From Camelus dromedarius (Eukaryota), in assembly GCF_036321535.1 (NCBI RefSeq), contig NC_087437.1, positions 57,786,001-57,850,000 of the forward strand: DNA of 64,000 bases, in the 5' to 3' direction. A program made the translations under genes and the position numbers. Within the stretch, counting starts at the first letter, position 1. Each line of letters begins with the position of its first letter. Positions 27,899 to 42,030 of this stretch are shown in pieces. Under the pieces are notes generated by a model. The model did not search any database. It was not told the DNA's origin and saw only the letters and a program-made list of their open reading frames with translations.

Positions 27899-28117
27899 TA
27901 GGGGTTTATAAACTACAGCCCAGAAACCAAATCTGGCTCATTGCTTATTTTTTTTAAATAAAGTTTTATTGCATCACAGCCATATCTATTCATTGTGTGT
28001 TGTCTGTGGCTGTTGCATGCTACATCTGCAGAGTTGACTGACCATGACAGAGACTGTATGGTCCACAAATAAAATATTTACTCTCTGGCTGTTGACAGAA
28101 AAGTTTGCTGACTTCTG
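27899..28117. mobile_element. hAT-Charlie MITE (MER58A-like)
   Basis: aaactacagccc...aataaagttttattg...aaaatatttactctctggc...gaaaagtttgctgac; 8-bp TSD gtctagtt/gtctagca. Confidence 0.85.
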
Positions 28118-28555
28118 GTCTAGCAGGGAAAAAAAAAAGAAAATTGAAAGAGATTTTTTAAAAGTGAGAAATAAGAATTTTAAGGAGAAAAAGTAAATGA
28201 AAAAACAAACTAATAAATATCAGATCCCCCAAAAGTCACTACAATAAAGGACATTTGGTGTAAGGATAGATAGTGTCAGATACTTTAACAAGTCTCTGAG
28301 AGGAACTGTGTATTTTTACAGTACAATACAATTATTATTAGTAATGATGATGCTGAGAAATCAAGGTTGAAAGATATATTCAGAATCTCCTACGAAATGA
28401 GACTTGAAAAATACATCTTAAAAAACAATAAGAAATGAGTTTTTTGCCTTTTTAATTTTTTCAGAAGAGAATTTATACTAAAAGGAGCAAGCTTTGATAT
28501 CTGGAAAATTTACTCATGCAAATTACCTTTTTCTTCTGAGAATTTTACTTTAAAT

Positions 28556-28702
28556 CTTTTATTTATTTATTATTGTATTGTTTATCATTTTATTTTGGAG
28601 GAGAATTAGTCTTATTTATTTTTTGAGAAGGTACTGGGGATTGAACCCAGGACCTCGTACATGCTAAAATGTGCTCTACCACTTAGCTACACCCTCTTCC
28701 CT
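28556..28702 (-). mobile_element. tRNA-Ala-derived camelid SINE (Vic-1-like)
   Basis: Minus strand has A box tagctaagtggtagagc, B box ggttcaatcc and an AT-rich tail. Perfect 19-bp TSD tgagaattttactttaaat (28537-28555 / 28703-28721). Confidence 0.92.
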
Positions 28703-29734
28703 TGAGAATTTTACTTTAAATTTAAACCATCTCAGTATTAAATATCTCCAAAAGAGCCACTGAACACATATCAAAACACATGGGAATCTTCTCCTGATAA
28801 GGTTGAATTCACAGTTTATTGTTATCTTTTTCTTTCTTTCTTGTTTTTCATGGAAGCAAAGTGTGGATCTCACATTTCTTTTATTACATTAAAGTATTAT
28901 AAAAGAAGCAATACAGTATAGTTAAGGGAACTGATTCTGGAGCCAGACTTCTTGGACTCACATCCCTGTTGGCAAACACTTACTAGTTGTGTGATCTTGG
29001 GCACAAAACTGGGGGTGGGGAGGACATTTGGGGATATGAAACTAGCCGACCTCTGCAGGCTGTTTCAGTCTATGAGTCAGTATACCTAGGTAAGAGCTAG
29101 GCATCTATTTCTGGGGCCATCATCACAACTACCTTGTCAGGTCTTTGACTTTTCCTGCTCCTGGGGGCTGGAGGGAAAGTCAGATGAGGTAGCTTGCAGG
29201 GAACGTGAATCCTCAGTGAGCAGGTACAAAGACTCACACTAGATCAACTGAAGCACGTCTGAAGGAAATAACACCCTCCATCCCTGCGCAATGGAGAGGA
29301 CCCCACAAATGTCGGGAACACCTGTGGTAAGAGGCAGTGTGCGGTGTAGCATCAGTATCTGAGGATCAAATACTACAAGATGCGCCCTCACGCAGGTAAC
29401 AACCTAACACTGCACTCTAGTCCCCACAACTGCTTATGTATAAGCTCTAATTATCGAGACAAGTATACCAATTCATCACAGCAAATACATTTTCCCTGGC
29501 ACCGAATTTCAGGAGGCATTTATCACGTGCATCCAACAAAAAGGGCAGTGAGAGTCATAAAGGACACAGTCTTCAACTGCAATGTTTGGAATAGTGTTCC
29601 AAAAATCTCAGAAAAATCCTTCCTACATGACCATTGCGAGAAACCCTTCACAATCACATGCACACCTTTCGTGAAATATACCTTCCAGCCAAGCTGTGGA
29701 TTCTGTCTCATTGCTATCCTAAGTCCCACCTGGC

Positions 29735-30050
29735 CCCTGTCTAGAGGAGAGTGACCAGGTAACACACATAAAAAGACTGGAATTGCAGCAACTAGAGAAA
29801 GTAATTCTGGGGGAAAATAAACTTGTCCATAAAATATCCAGAGAGCTCTCTTATGGACAACATATTTTAATTGCTTGGTGTGGCAGTTGCCCCAACAAAC
29901 TCAGGGCAAGATGCTGGTATTTTAAAGAGACAGTTTTCAGCTCGATATAAGAAAATCTTTCTTTTCCTCCGATCCACCCACAGTTGAAGTTACTTATTTC
30001 TGCTCCTAGTGAGCTTCCGGTCACCATTAGAAGATATTTAGGCTTTGGGC
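29735..30050 (+). mobile_element. Ancient L3/CR1 LINE 3' relic
   Basis: gtctagaggagagtgaccagg; ttttcagctcgatataagaaaatctttct; tagtgagcttccggtcac all resemble the recalled L3 3' consensus. Confidence 0.6.
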
Positions 30051-30410
30051 AAAGGAAGCTGTGCCACATGGCTACATCCCTGAGACAAATTACGTCTCAG
30101 GGATTTTGACAAGAAAAGTCGTCCAACCAGAATGACTCACGGCATAAGGATCTCTGTGTTCTGAACAGATTCTACCCAAAGAAACTAGGGAAAAACTTAA
30201 AATTTCTCTAAATTAGGGTTGGCTAAAATTAGCTACCTGTAGCCATTGCCTACTAAATGATAAACAGAAATAAAGTGGAGACAACCCTGACTTCTGAGCT
30301 TGGCTGACTTGGGTGCAGGTCCTGGTTCTGTCACTTCGTTGTGGGAGCTTAGACAACGTACATAACCTCTTTGAGTCTCAGTTGCTTCATCTAAATATAG
30401 ATAAGAATGC

Positions 30411-31452
30411 ACTGGGCAGCGTGGCCATTTTGATAATGTTGCTTCTTCCAATCCAAGAGCACAAGAAACTTTTCCATTTCTTTGTATCATTCTGGTCTTC
30501 AGAGTGTAGGTAACCTCCTTGGTTAAGTTTATTTCTAAGTATTTTGTTGTTTTTGATGTAATGGAAATGTTTATGCTGGTTATAAAATTCTGGTTTTTGA
30601 AATGAAAAAAAAAAGTGAATGAAGGGCTGTAAATAGCAAAGTATCCTTCTTTCTTATGGGTGAGTTGTATTCCATTACATATATGTATGCTGCATCTTCT
30701 TTATCTTTTCAACTATTGATGTGCACTTAGGATGCTTCCATATCTTGGCAATGATAAATAATGTTGCTGTTAATAGCAAGCTGTATGTATCTTTTTGAAT
30801 TAATTTTTATTTTGTGGTTGGCTTTATTCTTTCGATAACTATGAAAGTTTAAAAAGCTAAAGCTCTAAACATTCTTAGAAACAATGAACAGTAAATTTAT
30901 GTAAATTAAAAAATATGTGTGCAGTGAAAAAAAAATGAGCTATCAAGCCATAAAAGACATGGAAGAAACTTAAAAGACATATTACTAAATGAAAGAAGCC
31001 AGTCTGAAAAGGCTACAAACTGTATGATTCCAACCAAATGACATTCTGGAAAAGGCACAGCTACAGAGACGATAAAAAGACTGTAGTTTCCAGGGGTTTG
31101 GGGAGAGGGAGGGAGGGAGGGAAGAAAAGATGGAGCACAAGGGATTTTTAGGGTGATGAAATTATTCTGTACGACACTATAGTGGTGGCTACATGTCATT
31201 ATGCAGTTCTCAAAGCCCATAGAATGTTCAACATCAAGAGTGAACCCTAATGTAAACTACGGACTTTGGTTGATGATAATGTGCCCATGTTGGTTCATTG
31301 ATTGTACCAAATATGCTGCACTGATGAGGGATGTCGAGGGTAGAGGAGTATATATGTGTGGGTGGGGAGGGCTATGTGCAAACTCTGTATTTTCTGCTCA
31401 ATTCTTCTGTAGACCTGAAACTGCTCTAAAAAATAAAGCCTATTAAAAAAAA
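30411..31452. mobile_element. L1 pieces (antisense ORF2/3' fragments 30411-30820; sense L1MC-type 3'UTR 30920-31452) splitting a MIR
   Basis: gccattttgataatgttgcttcttccaatccaagagca (antisense ORF2); gtgaaccctaatgtaaactacggactttgg and ctgctctaaaaaataaag (L1MC 3' end); MIR halves on both sides. Confidence 0.75.
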
Positions 31453-33559
31453 TGCTCGATTACACAGTATTGTAAGGAGCCTGTGAGATGTTAGGCATAA
31501 AGTTCCTAGCACAACGCTAGGCTTAGAATAGGAACTAAACAGATTGAAGTTACGGTCGTTAATATCGTCAGTGCATACCACAGCAATTTCAGCCATTTAA
31601 GATCATCTATAGAGAGACCAGTTTCAGATGCATTCACAAATAAAGGAGAAATTTAAGGTGGGTTGTCATTTTAGAATTTGTTACACGATTGTCATGGGAA
31701 ACTGCTACCTTAAACAACAACAACAAAAAAAGGCTACTGTGACAGATAAAGAATATACCAAAACCACAATTGGAGAGTAAGGCTCTGATAGTAGTTATCT
31801 GGTTCAATTCTTATCTGTCTTATCTTCTTCCACCTAGAATACAAGCTTTACAAGGGCAGGAACTTTGTTTATCTTATTCATCAATATATTTCCAGAGACC
31901 AGAACCCTATCCATCACATAGTCTATACTCAGTAAATATCTGTTCATAAATAAATGAATAAGTAAGTGGTGCTGTCCACTCCCTACCTGAGAGCCATGAG
32001 GACTTTCAGACACTGGAGCACGCTAAGGGCAACCACCCAGATTCTAGCTCAGCCTCAGCAAACAGTCCTTAGAAACACTCACCTCTCTCTAGAATAATTA
32101 TACATATTCCAAGAAAACATGTGATTACAGTTTTAGTTTTCCATGAACTATACATGGAACCTTATGTAGAAAACAGACTAGCCACTGCCAACGGCAGTGG
32201 AGCAATGGTCCGTCTCCCAGTGCAAATGCAACCACCGACATCTCATTTATTAACTAAATGTTATTTCTTGTGCATTAGTCAGCATGAGTCAGTCTTCCTA
32301 AGGCTGATCACACTAGAGAAAGTCCTGATGAAGCTAAACTGAGTTCCCGGCTCACCTAAGTTCACTATTTTCTTCACAATACCCCTGCCCCTCCAGCCAA
32401 CCCCCGAACCTCTTTCTTTTCTATCATTTTAACTGGGCCCAGCTCATTCAGGGGAAAGTTGTGTCTCATTAATCATGATGGTACTTCACAATAAGCTAAA
32501 GTAATTGCAAAGGTATGTTGTAGCTGACAGACCTTGGTATGTATTCTCTTCAGCTTACTGAATCCAAAACCAATAGGAAACATTCCCCAACTTACAGTTC
32601 TTTCAGATATTTAATGTAGGTTCACAAGACCAGCACTTTCCCACTGAACCAGCATTCTGACTATAGGACTGGCCAGAGGTATCTCTTGGTCTCTGCAGTT
32701 TCAATCATTACTTTCTTCTCGATAGCCCCTACCGGCTTTTTCTTCAGAAATGCCAGGAAATAATGCTGTATTCCTTTGATAATATTTCCCAAGCATTAGC
32801 TAGAAAACTTACCCGAAGTCTTTGCCATTGCAGAATTTAGATGACTAGAACCAGAAGTGAAGTCAAAAAATAAACTGAAATAAGAAACTTCCAAATTATT
32901 ATCGGATTTGATCATGACTTCCTTAGCTATACTTCTAAGTGAGTGATTTTGACTGATATCCAAATGCACACACATTTCCAGTTTTGTGTTAGGCTGTGCT
33001 GAGGGGGACAGGGAGAGGAAGGGGAGGCTGGTCTCAATGCACAGAGAGAGGTCTTAGGGCTCTCGTCAGCTGGCTTGGTGACAATGGATAACATGAAGCG
33101 ATTTAAAGGTCCTAATTCCCAAGACATTGATACGTGTTTACAACATAAAGCATGAAGTGGAAATATTTCAAAATTTCAAATTCCAGTGAGACTATCAGAA
33201 TCGTTAGCGATTGCAGATGTTACGCACCCAATGCCTTCGCTGTGTAAATGGAGAAGACTGAGGCTCAGAGAAGGGAAAGGAATCACTGAAGATAACAACT
33301 AGCAACACAGTGACCCAACGTGAGCAGACGCTAAGCCTTTCATTTCTAAAACCATTTCCAAACGATATTTCTTCATTCCCTCCTGTTTACCAGCTGTGTG
33401 GCTAGTGCCTGTGTTTTCCTTGGTACCATGACTCAGCTCCCATACTTAGGGTAAGCGTCAACTAATTCCAAGTATACATTAGCCAGGTTCTGATCCTTAT
33501 TACTAGTTCTTTTTTAAAAAAATTTCTTATATCTTTCCCTAAAAAAAAAATTTCTTAAT

Positions 33560-33713
33560 TTTTTTTTTATTTTTGAAGGGGGTAATCATTAATTTATTTA
33601 TATACTTATGTATCTATTTTTAATTTATTTTAATAGAGGTACAGGAGATTGAACCCAGGACCTCGTGCATGCTAAGCATGTGCTCTACCACTGGGATATA
33701 CCCTCCCCCGCCC
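33560..33713 (-). mobile_element. Vic-1-like tRNA-Ala SINE
   Basis: gattgaacccaggacctcgtgcatgctaagcatgtgctctaccactgggatataccctcccc. Confidence 0.92.
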
Positions 33714-34135
33714 TTATTACTAATTCTGATGGTCCTATTCTTTAATAGCATCACTATTCTGTGCCAGAAACAGACAGATGGAAAGACAGATATGAGTTTA
33801 CTGGGCTGTAGTGTTACATTCTTCCGAACACATGTACTGATATTTTTACTCATCAATAACAAAAAACAGTATTTAAAAAAAAAAAACCTGGCACTAATAA
33901 CCTAAAAATCAGAAAGGAACACTAATTCCTATAACTGATTTACAATATGTTCCTATGGCATTAACTCATTAAAATATAACTATCTTTCTTGAAACTTTGA
34001 AAAAAAAAAGTTCAGTTGGTTTGTTTTCAAGAAAGAAGCTTTTAATTCCTGAATCTTTATGTTATTTTCCTACTACAAACTACTTCTGCTTTTCTCAATA
34101 GGCATTAGAACGGATCTTTTAGGTTATACTTCTTT

Positions 34136-34279
34136 TTTATATTTTATTTATTTATTATATTATTTAATTATTTTATTTAGGGGAAGGTAATCAGGTTCAT
34201 TTATTTTTAGAGGAGGTACTGGGGATTGAACCCAGGACCTCGTGCATGCTAAGCATGTGCTCCACCACTTGAGCTACAC
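34136..34279 (-). mobile_element. Vic-1-like tRNA-Ala SINE, slightly 5'-truncated
   Basis: Same core sequence; TSD taggttatacttcttt (34120-34135) / taggttacacttcttt (34280-34295). Confidence 0.92.
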
Positions 34280-34842
34280 TAGGTTACACTTCTTTAAATT
34301 ATGTCATGCCAGCTACTTAGTTGGCCAGGATGAGAAACTTGGACTTTTTTTATCATGTCAAAACCATTGACAGATTTTAATTCAGAGTTTGCTGCAATCA
34401 AATATGTGTTTCAAAAGGATTACTCTGGTGCCTGCATGGAGATGAAGAGGACCAAGCTGTTCCGAAAGAAACTGCCAGACCTAACCTAGCGAATGCAGTG
34501 ACGATAAAGATATGAGAACAGATTTGAAGGCTCAAGACATGTGATTGACAGAAGCTGGTAATTAAATGGCCATGAGAAGTGGAAGCGAGGAGGAAGCAAT
34601 GATATGCAAGCTCCTGGCATTATGCTAAGTAGAAAAGGAGCTCAAAATTGAGAAGGAGACTTCTGTAGACATTTTTTCATTCATGATTTTATTCTATCAT
34701 TCTCAGCAGAAGGTGTGATGTACCATATATGGGAGATAAATGAAAAGGAGGGTAATTTACACTTGAAAAGAGAGATAAGGAAATGAATCATAAGAAATGT
34801 AGTGTGTCATGTTTGCTAGGCCATAAATTAAGGGACAGGGTT

Positions 34843-34845
<3 letters not shown>

Positions 34846-34906
<61 letters not shown>

Positions 34907-35118
34907 TTTTGATTGAATTATAGTTGATTTAAAATGGTTCAGGTGTACAGCAAAGTGATTCAGATATATATTATATATATATAATATATATATTCTTTTC
35001 AGACTCTTTTCCATTATAGGTTATTCCATTACACTGGATATTGAATATAGTTCTCGGTGCTATACAGTAGGTCTTTGTTGTTTATCTATTTTATTTTATA
35101 TATGGCAGTGTGTATCTG
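34846..35118 (-). mobile_element. Short L1 3' end whose tail has become a (GAAA)n microsatellite
   Basis: gattgaattatagttgattta...ggtgtacagcaaagtgattcag; (TTTC)n at 34841-34905; TSD gggacagggtttct / gggacaggatttct. Confidence 0.85.
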
Positions 35119-35539
35119 GGGACAGGATTTCTGTAAGAACAAACAGTCCAGCACAACTACAGCATCAGGTCAGACAGCGTAGGAGGGAAGGGCAGAAAGG
35201 CAGGATGGAGCCACAGGAGGATTTCTGATATGTAGCTAAAAAGTTCAGAGTTAATTCAAGAAAAAATAGGAGTCAATGAAGGTTTTGTGAATTGATTTAA
35301 CAAAATGAAAAGAAGAACATGTACATTAAAATATTTCAAATATTTTGAAGTACAAAAACACCTTTTTTTCCCCCTTTTTTTAAAAAGAAGCAAATTTCTG
35401 CTCCTTTGAGTGTAGCTTCCTCTCCCTGGAATACATGCAGCTGTGAGATTTAGAGAGTCACCTAGGTCAGGAGCCCTAGCAACCAAGAATGGATTGCGTA
35501 TGTCATATTAAATAAAAACATAATGGATAATGTTCCAGA

Positions 35540-38470
35540 ACTTCTGCCTCTAGCCATGCAAAGTAACTAGCATCAGACCCACTTTCCTGACACAGACAAG
35601 TGAAAAACTGAACAAAATCTATTGGGAAACTATTTCGAGGTGGTGGGTAACAGACAGGACAGAACTGTGATCCCTGAGAGAAAAGGAAAAGTAGGAGGTG
35701 GAGGTGAGCGCCACACTAATTCCAGCTTTTCACCTGGGGCCATTTTCCAGAGGCAGCCTGGAAGCCAGAGCCCCAACGGAGAAGGTCAATTTCACTGAGC
35801 TAAAGAGGCATACATCAGAGTCTGGGGCTGCTGAAGTGGCTGGAATTTGTGGGACAGAGTATTGGAGAGAGGTAACTACATGGAGTAAGAAAGGCAAGAA
35901 CTCTTCATAGAGATTGCCCTGAGGTCCTCGGTCAAAATATGGACCAGTCCTATGCAGGTAACGACTCTGTGGAGCCCTCAGAGAGCAACCACCGCAGTGC
36001 TAAGTCCTGTGTCCGACTAAATGGAGGTACAAAACACTTAGCAATGCTCGGAGACGGTCGAACTCTAACCCATCCAGAGTGGAAAAGCCTTGCTGAGCGA
36101 CTGAGACATTAAACTGAGATGCCAGAAAGATCACACCCAGGAGTAAAGATCACGCCTGCAGCAAGAGTCCTGCCACAGACTGAGGACCAAATGGAAACAA
36201 GGCACAAAGCCAACTCTAACACAATCCAGGGAAATGGCCAGTAGTTTCACTGCTTGTCAGAACAAAACTAAACACTCTTCAGAGAAAAACAACAGGTCCC
36301 CTGCAATATACCATCATCATAATCTGATATACAGTTAAATATTCTAGACATTCAAGAAACAGGGAAGATGTAGCTCACACTCAAAGTAAAGGGAGTCAAT
36401 CTAAATAGAGCCCAAGATGACAAACGTGTTAACGTCCGAAGACAAGGACTTTAAAACAGCTATTATGTTATGATCATGAATTTAAATGAAAAATACAGAC
36501 AGAATGTACACACAATGCTGAGGTGGGAAATCTCAGCAGAGAAATAAAAGCTATAAAAAAGAACTAAATGGGAATTCTAGAACTGACAAATACTAGACCT
36601 GAATAAATTTACTGGGGAGGCTGCACAGAAGATTGGACACTGCAAAAAAAAAGGGTCAATAAACTTGAAGACCTCTGAATAGAAATTAACCAATTTTGAA
36701 GGCAGAATAAAAAAAGAACAGATGTTTAGATAAGAATAACATTGTTAAACCCTACCACAGCTAAAATAGATAAAACACTAATTACTAACACTAGGAATAA
36801 AGTATGGTATACTACCACAAATCCCACAGGATTGTAACAATTGTAAGAAGAGAATATTACAGGTATCCTCATGCCAGTACATTCAAGTTAAGTAAAAGCA
36901 TGAATTTCTTGAAAATTATAAATTCAGAATTGACAGAAAAAGAAGATGTGTACAACTCTGTCTGATAAGGAATTTTAATTTGTAAATAAAACTCTTCCTA
37001 CAGAGGAAAGCTACAGACCCAGTTGGTTTCACTGCTGAATTGTATCAAACATTAAAAAAGGAAGTCTATTACTCTGAAATAAACTCTTTAATAAATTGAA
37101 GGAGGAAAGAAAACTTCTCTCCAAACTGACAAAAGTATTAATGAAAAGAAAACACAAAATCAATAACCTCTTGGACATAGGTACACTAATTATTAACAAA
37201 ATTCTACCAAATAAAACATAGAAACACATTTAAAAAATGAATGAATAAACAAAATATAGTATGTCCAGCCAATGGAATATTCAGCCACAAAAAGGAATGA
37301 CGTATTGATTCCTGCTACATCATAGGCAAACCTTGAAAATGCTATGCCAAGTGAAAGAAGCCAGTTAAAAAAAGTCAGATATTATGATTCCATTGATATG
37401 ACATGCTTAGTACGTGAATCCATAGAAACAGAAAGATTAGTGGTTGCCAGGGATGGAGGAGAGGCGAGAATGGGGAATGACCTAGTGTACAAGGACGAGC
37501 CTGTATACAAATTTGGGGATGAAAGAGAAATTCTGGATGACATCAACTCTGTCTAACCAATTGCCTCTCTCACTCTTCCCAAATACATACATGTTCTATA
37601 AGTCAACAACAGAAAGACAAACAACACAGATTTTAAAATAAGCAAAACAGTTGAACAGTCATTTCAAAAAAGAAGACACGCAAATGACCAACAAGCACTA
37701 TGGAAAGGTTTGCAACATCATTTGTCATCAGGGACATGAAATTAAAACAATGATGCCATACTGTTTCATTCTTAAAAGGCTGCAAACACTGTAATTGGTG
37801 AGGAGGTGGGCCAACTGGAAGTCTCATATTTTGGGAGTGTACTATTTTACCAGCAATTGGAAAGTAACAATTCTAAAAATCACTTACAATAGCATTAGTT
37901 CATTTGAAAAGGCATTGGCAGTTCATTATAAAGTTAAAAATACATTTACACTGTGTCCTGACACTTCCACTCCTGGGTTTTTATACAAAAGATGTGAAAA
38001 CATAGCACAAAACACTTATACACGAGTGTTTCTATCAGCTTTATTCAAATTAATCAAAAACTGTAAATAATCCAAAGTCTAACAAAATAAAAATGGATAC
38101 ATTGTGGGATATGTGTACAGTAGAACGGTACTCAACAATTAGAAAAGTAAAAACACTAGCACACAACAATGTAAATGGATCTCAAAAACACTATGTGGAG
38201 TGAAGGAAGTCATACACAAAATAGTAAGATTCCATTTATATGAAATTCAAGATCAGGCCAAACTAACGTATGATGATTAAAATTGGGAGACTGGTTGTAT
38301 ATTGGGGGGTGGCAGAAACTGACTGGAAGTGGGCATGAGGAAATTTTCTGGAGTGATGGAAATGCTCTATGTCTTGATTGTTTTGTTGGTTACATAGGTT
38401 ACACTGTCAAATCTCAATGAATTATGTACTAAAGATGTTTGTATTTTACTAAATTTAAATTTTACCTTCA
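35540..38470 (+). mobile_element. Old fragmented L1M (5' region/ORF1 relic, ORF2 pieces, L1MB- and L1ME-type 3' ends)
   Basis: gacaaggactttaaaacagctatta; ggaattctagaactga; ggtttcactgctgaattgtatcaaacattaaa; gattccatttatatgaaattcaaga. Confidence 0.75.
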
Positions 38471-41400
38471 CTGAACCATAATAAACACAAAGAATGCATG
38501 CATTTTTACTTTATAAAAATCTACCAACCAAAATAAAAACTCACAGTGAACTAGAATTATATCAGACGTAGCTCTTATTAACAAACATAATTTACCCAGG
38601 CCACCTTGTCACCATGGGATAAACGATTGTATATTATTTTTAATAAAAAATTTTGTCATCAGAAAATAAGTGTACTTATTATTCATTATGCCAACTAGGA
38701 TAAAAATTTGGGGAAAAAAGATAAATTTGGGTGATATCAGTCCTACCTCTAAGAGGCTTACTATGTTCTATCCACTGAGCTTTTCCTGCAAACAACTGTC
38801 TCATTCAGTTCTCATTTTAAAGACTCGCCATCAGACATTACAGAGCTCCCACGCTGAAGCCAGCATTGTCTGACTGACATAGTCATAGTCACAGTGTTGT
38901 CCCCAAGATGAAGTTCAAACTACACGATCAGGGTAATGAAGACACACAAAGTCCTTTCTTAGAAACGCTCAAAGGTGCTTGAGAACTGAAGACCCACACT
39001 GGACATATACGTGGCATTTATATGCTATGTAAAAGAAGACCGGATTTGTTTATATGATCCCAGGAGATTAAGAACTGAAACCTGAGGTTGAAGTTAAAAG
39101 TAAAGAGATTTCAGTTCACACTAACAGAGTTAGGTCAATCCAAGGAATATATCAAGAGGTGGTAAAAAACTAAAAATTATCAAAGAGATAAAATTCAAGC
39201 ATCTGCTGAGTGGTCAGACAATCCAAACGTGAAGGCCCCTCCCGTCTCGAGATTGGCCAGGACTAGGTGTTTCAAGGGCTCTCCCTCCCCGCAAGTTCAC
39301 AACTCACACATCTGGCAGTTGCCCACACAATTATGACTTTGCACACACAATCCCATCTTCCTCCGAGCTTGCTTCCAACTGCTGCCAAAGGTTTGGTATT
39401 GGAGACTGAGGAGAGCCCGTTTACTTTTGATTTTTGTTACTTCTTAAAGAGGGAAAAATCAAGATAAACCCAAAGAGGAAGAATGGTAATGCTGGAGGAT
39501 AGTATCTTGATTAGGACTTGGCAAGTTTCAATGCGTGAACACAATTATATCCAAGTAGAGGGCATGAGTGGGGCTTTATTAATAAGTATGTATCATTAGT
39601 GTCTTGAAATAAAGAGAGAAACACACAATTGTTCAATATATAACTCTGCTATTATCAATGGATGAATAGTGATAGGAAGTATATCTTAATAGTTAAAGCA
39701 GATACTTTGAATCCAGACTGCCTAGTTTGGAATCCTAACCTCTCTATTCTCTGATTTTCTTACCTGGGACAATAGGGGTCAGAAGAGCACCTACATTATC
39801 GAGTTGTTACAAGGATTAAAAGAATTAATTGCTCTCAAGTTTCAGAACAGTGTATAACAAAATACGTTTTTGTTATTGTTATTAATGGGTGATTAGCATT
39901 TAGTGCACCTACGTCTTCTTTCAAAGTTGTCCTTACAAAGATGAACTTTTTATCAAAGTCCAGATTTTCTGTATCTGGCAGAGAGAAACATCAGTTAGTT
40001 TCATAGGAAGAGAAGTTTTTTTTTTAAGACGACAACTTTTTGGATTAGGATCATATCTCCAAAGGCAACTGATGATGTGGTCCTGAGGGACAGGAGAGAC
40101 ATGGGGGAAAAAAAAAAAGAATGGAGTCTGTCTTAGTCAGCCTGGACTATTATGACAAAACTAAGTAGCTTATGGAAAAAAACACGAATGTATTTCTCAG
40201 AGTTTCAGAGGCTTGGAAAGTCCAAGATCGTATCAGTCTCAGGTCAGTGATACGCGGGGGGAGTGAAGGAATGAGGTAGTGACCAATGACTAGCAACAGT
40301 GGATGAAAAAGAACAACACATAAATGGAACTAGTTCTGTAGAAGCCGGGACGTAAGAGTCTGAGGAGTCTAGGGAAACAGAGCTCCCCTAGAAAATCACC
40401 AGAAAGATGAGGAAAGAGGGATAAAAATTCCACTTGTATTTTATCTCAGAAGATAGAATGACTCCTAGGTTATATTTATATCTACTTTTAAAATATCTTT
40501 CACAGACTTAGTATCCCTGATGACACTCAGCATCATTTTCTGTATAGTAGGTGAACTCATGTAGGTTTGAATAAACTCTGAATAAATGAATACATGAGAG
40601 AACTGTTATGTGCAGTAAGGTGTATCACGTAGATGAGATTCCCCGGAGGGGACGCTTGGAGAAGACACAATCTCTGTCACCTTAACATTCCTTGAATTTA
40701 GAGGATTCTTAATTATTTATAGGGTAGAGGAATAAGTGTACCATAAAAACACGTACTGATGGATAAAACAATCAGGACCCTGGGATCGAGTCTGAAAACT
40801 GGACCATGCATGGTCTTCCTGGAACATCTAGAAGCTCTGGCTGTTCTGCTTACCTCAGGGAATGCGTTTCCAGGTCCACTTTGTACTCGAGGGTCCCAGT
40901 CTTCTCAGGAAGACTTTCCATCCCCAAGCCAGTGTTTGGAACAGCAGGTGGTTTGTGGTATGTCAGACCATACGCTACTGGAATGGAATCACTGTTTTAC
41001 CTACTGCAACAAACTTAATAATACTTGGTCCCTTGTGCCTCCAGACCACCTGCACACTTAGGACAACCTAAGCGCAGCTGAAAGCAGTGATCACAGTTCA
41101 TTGTCACAAAGAGCACTGTTCATCGAAGAGGCTAAAGCAAGTCAAGGTCTCATGCAACAGAGGTACAGCTGTGAGCTTGGCACTCTGCATTCCACTGGGT
41201 TTGGAAGTTTTAAAATATTTTCTGTGTTTTGATGTTCAGAAACAGTGTCTCAGAATTGAAACCCAGGCATTAAAGAAGAATGTATTTATAGCACAGAGGT
41301 CACTTAAGAATGGGAACACACCGCCTTGATTCTAAACTGGTCTTCTTTTCTCACCCGCTGTGGGACTTCCCCCAATCTTTGTTCCTTCTTTACAAAATGG

Positions 41401-41789
41401 GAATGCCGATCATAGTACCGATCTCAAAATGTTTTGAGTATTAAATAAGGTTTTCCATAGAAAGCATTTTGAACAGAGCTAATCACATATGAAAAGCTCA
41501 ATAAATGGTACTGTTAACTGTAAATATAGCAAGTTTAAAAAACTTTGTAAACATTTTATATTTAACAAAAAAATCACAGTATAGCTTTAAGCAAGTTTTC
41601 ACGATGTAATGAGAGTTCCAAGATGTGTCCTGAATGTGCCATCAAATGTTTAGTGCTTCGTTACTTGTATAAGAAAAAATGTTATCAAATGACTACAATG
41701 TAAAATGATACGTGAATTTGAAGACAAAGACAAATGAAAGACAATCTTGCGTTCAAAGGAACTCACATTCTAGTAGGTAAGACTAATAA

Positions 41790-42030
41790 TAGCAATTATT
41801 AACTGAACACTAAATACTAGGCACTTTGATGTGGATTAGATCACTTAATCTTTATCACAAATATACGAAGTAGGTACCAGTAGTACTGTCACTAAACCTG
41901 TAAGGAAACTGAAATACGGAGTGCTTAAGGAACTTGCCCCAGATGTCTCGCTGGAGCCAAAGTGATGGAGCCAGGATTCAGACCCAGGCAGTCTGGCTCC
42001 AAATCTTACTCTTAATCACTATTCTGCACT
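41790..42030 (-). mobile_element. MIR SINE
   Basis: ggagccaggattcagacccaggcagtctggctccaaa. Confidence 0.8.

Noticed and set aside
29040..29765. Unusual-looking stretch with a 124-aa ORF, considered as an endogenous viral element
   Set aside because: Manual translation gave no convincing bornavirus or retroviral match (only a short WRGP), and the right part is explained by L3. A tBLASTx against viral proteins would settle it.
32083..32088. Minus-strand TAG|AGAGAG|GTGAGT as a 6-nt microexon
   Set aside because: Strong donor but no good polypyrimidine tract; such matches are frequent by chance
33630..33713. tRNA-Ala gene
   Set aside because: Mutated stems, AT-rich tail and multiple dispersed copies show it is a SINE
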